From a virus, in the IMG/VR virus record IMGVR_UViG_2648501629_000001, positions 101,474-136,570 of that record: a stretch of DNA of 35,097 nt; one strand, 5' to 3'. Below, one piece after another: positions 34,992 to 35,097 of this stretch (positions are counted from its first letter, which is position 1; each line of letters starts with the position of its first letter). Under the pieces are notes generated by a model. It searched no databases. It saw nothing but the letters and a program-made list of their open reading frames with translations, and was not told where the DNA came from. The translations under genes and the position numbers were made by a program.

Positions 34992-35097
34992 ATGACTAAG
35001 GAAGAGCTTAAAATGAAGGGAGAAGAGACTAGATTAAGGCTGATTTACGAGTATTTAGAGCAAAATAGTCTTTCAGACTGTGTAAAAAGAGCCAAAA
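34992..35097 (+). CDS. Partial CDS running off the window edge
   Basis: AGGAG RBS, then an open frame MTKEELKMKGEETRLRLIYEYLEQNSLSDCVKRAK... Confidence 0.55.
   Translation, partial: MTKEELKMKGEETRLRLIYEYLEQNSLSDCVKRAK

Noticed and set aside
1-35097. Integrase, att site or host-chromosome junction
   Set aside because: No recombinase or bacterial housekeeping context is in the window; the tRNAs have phage genes on both sides and appear phage-encoded. Integration functions elsewhere in the genome cannot be excluded.

Overview
This window is part of a large, AT-rich tailed phage genome, most likely from a Bacillaceae host, and probably a phage-plasmid. The left arm (1-26.2 kb, - strand) holds a siphovirus morphogenesis module with SPbeta-like gene order: terminase subunits, portal, protease/scaffold, capsid, head-tail joining proteins, major tail protein, a 2005-aa tail fibre with a C-terminal chaperone, and a holin. 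Upstream of it is an RNA-gene cluster with six tRNAs (Trp, Tyr, Gly, Ser, Asp, Asn), five non-canonical tRNA-like elements, a free-standing PD-(D/E)XK endonuclease and HU. Coding strand switches at about 26.2-26.8 kb, where two divergent winged-helix/Rep-like genes each sit next to their own palindromic repeat array; perfect DnaA boxes lie both between the genes and in the right-hand array. The right arm (mostly + strand) encodes a UvrD/PcrA helicase, a metallophosphoesterase, a MerR/TubY-like coiled-coil protein and a ParM/ParR/parC-like partition cassette. Two features are not explained by the gene list: (i) an asymmetric 20-bp intergenic motif (ATTAAACAAAAGTATTGAAA) present about 16 times, always co-oriented with transcription, and (ii) a set of tRNA-scaffolded RNAs that lack a normal anticodon arm. 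All calls come from reading the sequence by eye; no database searches or folding programs were run.
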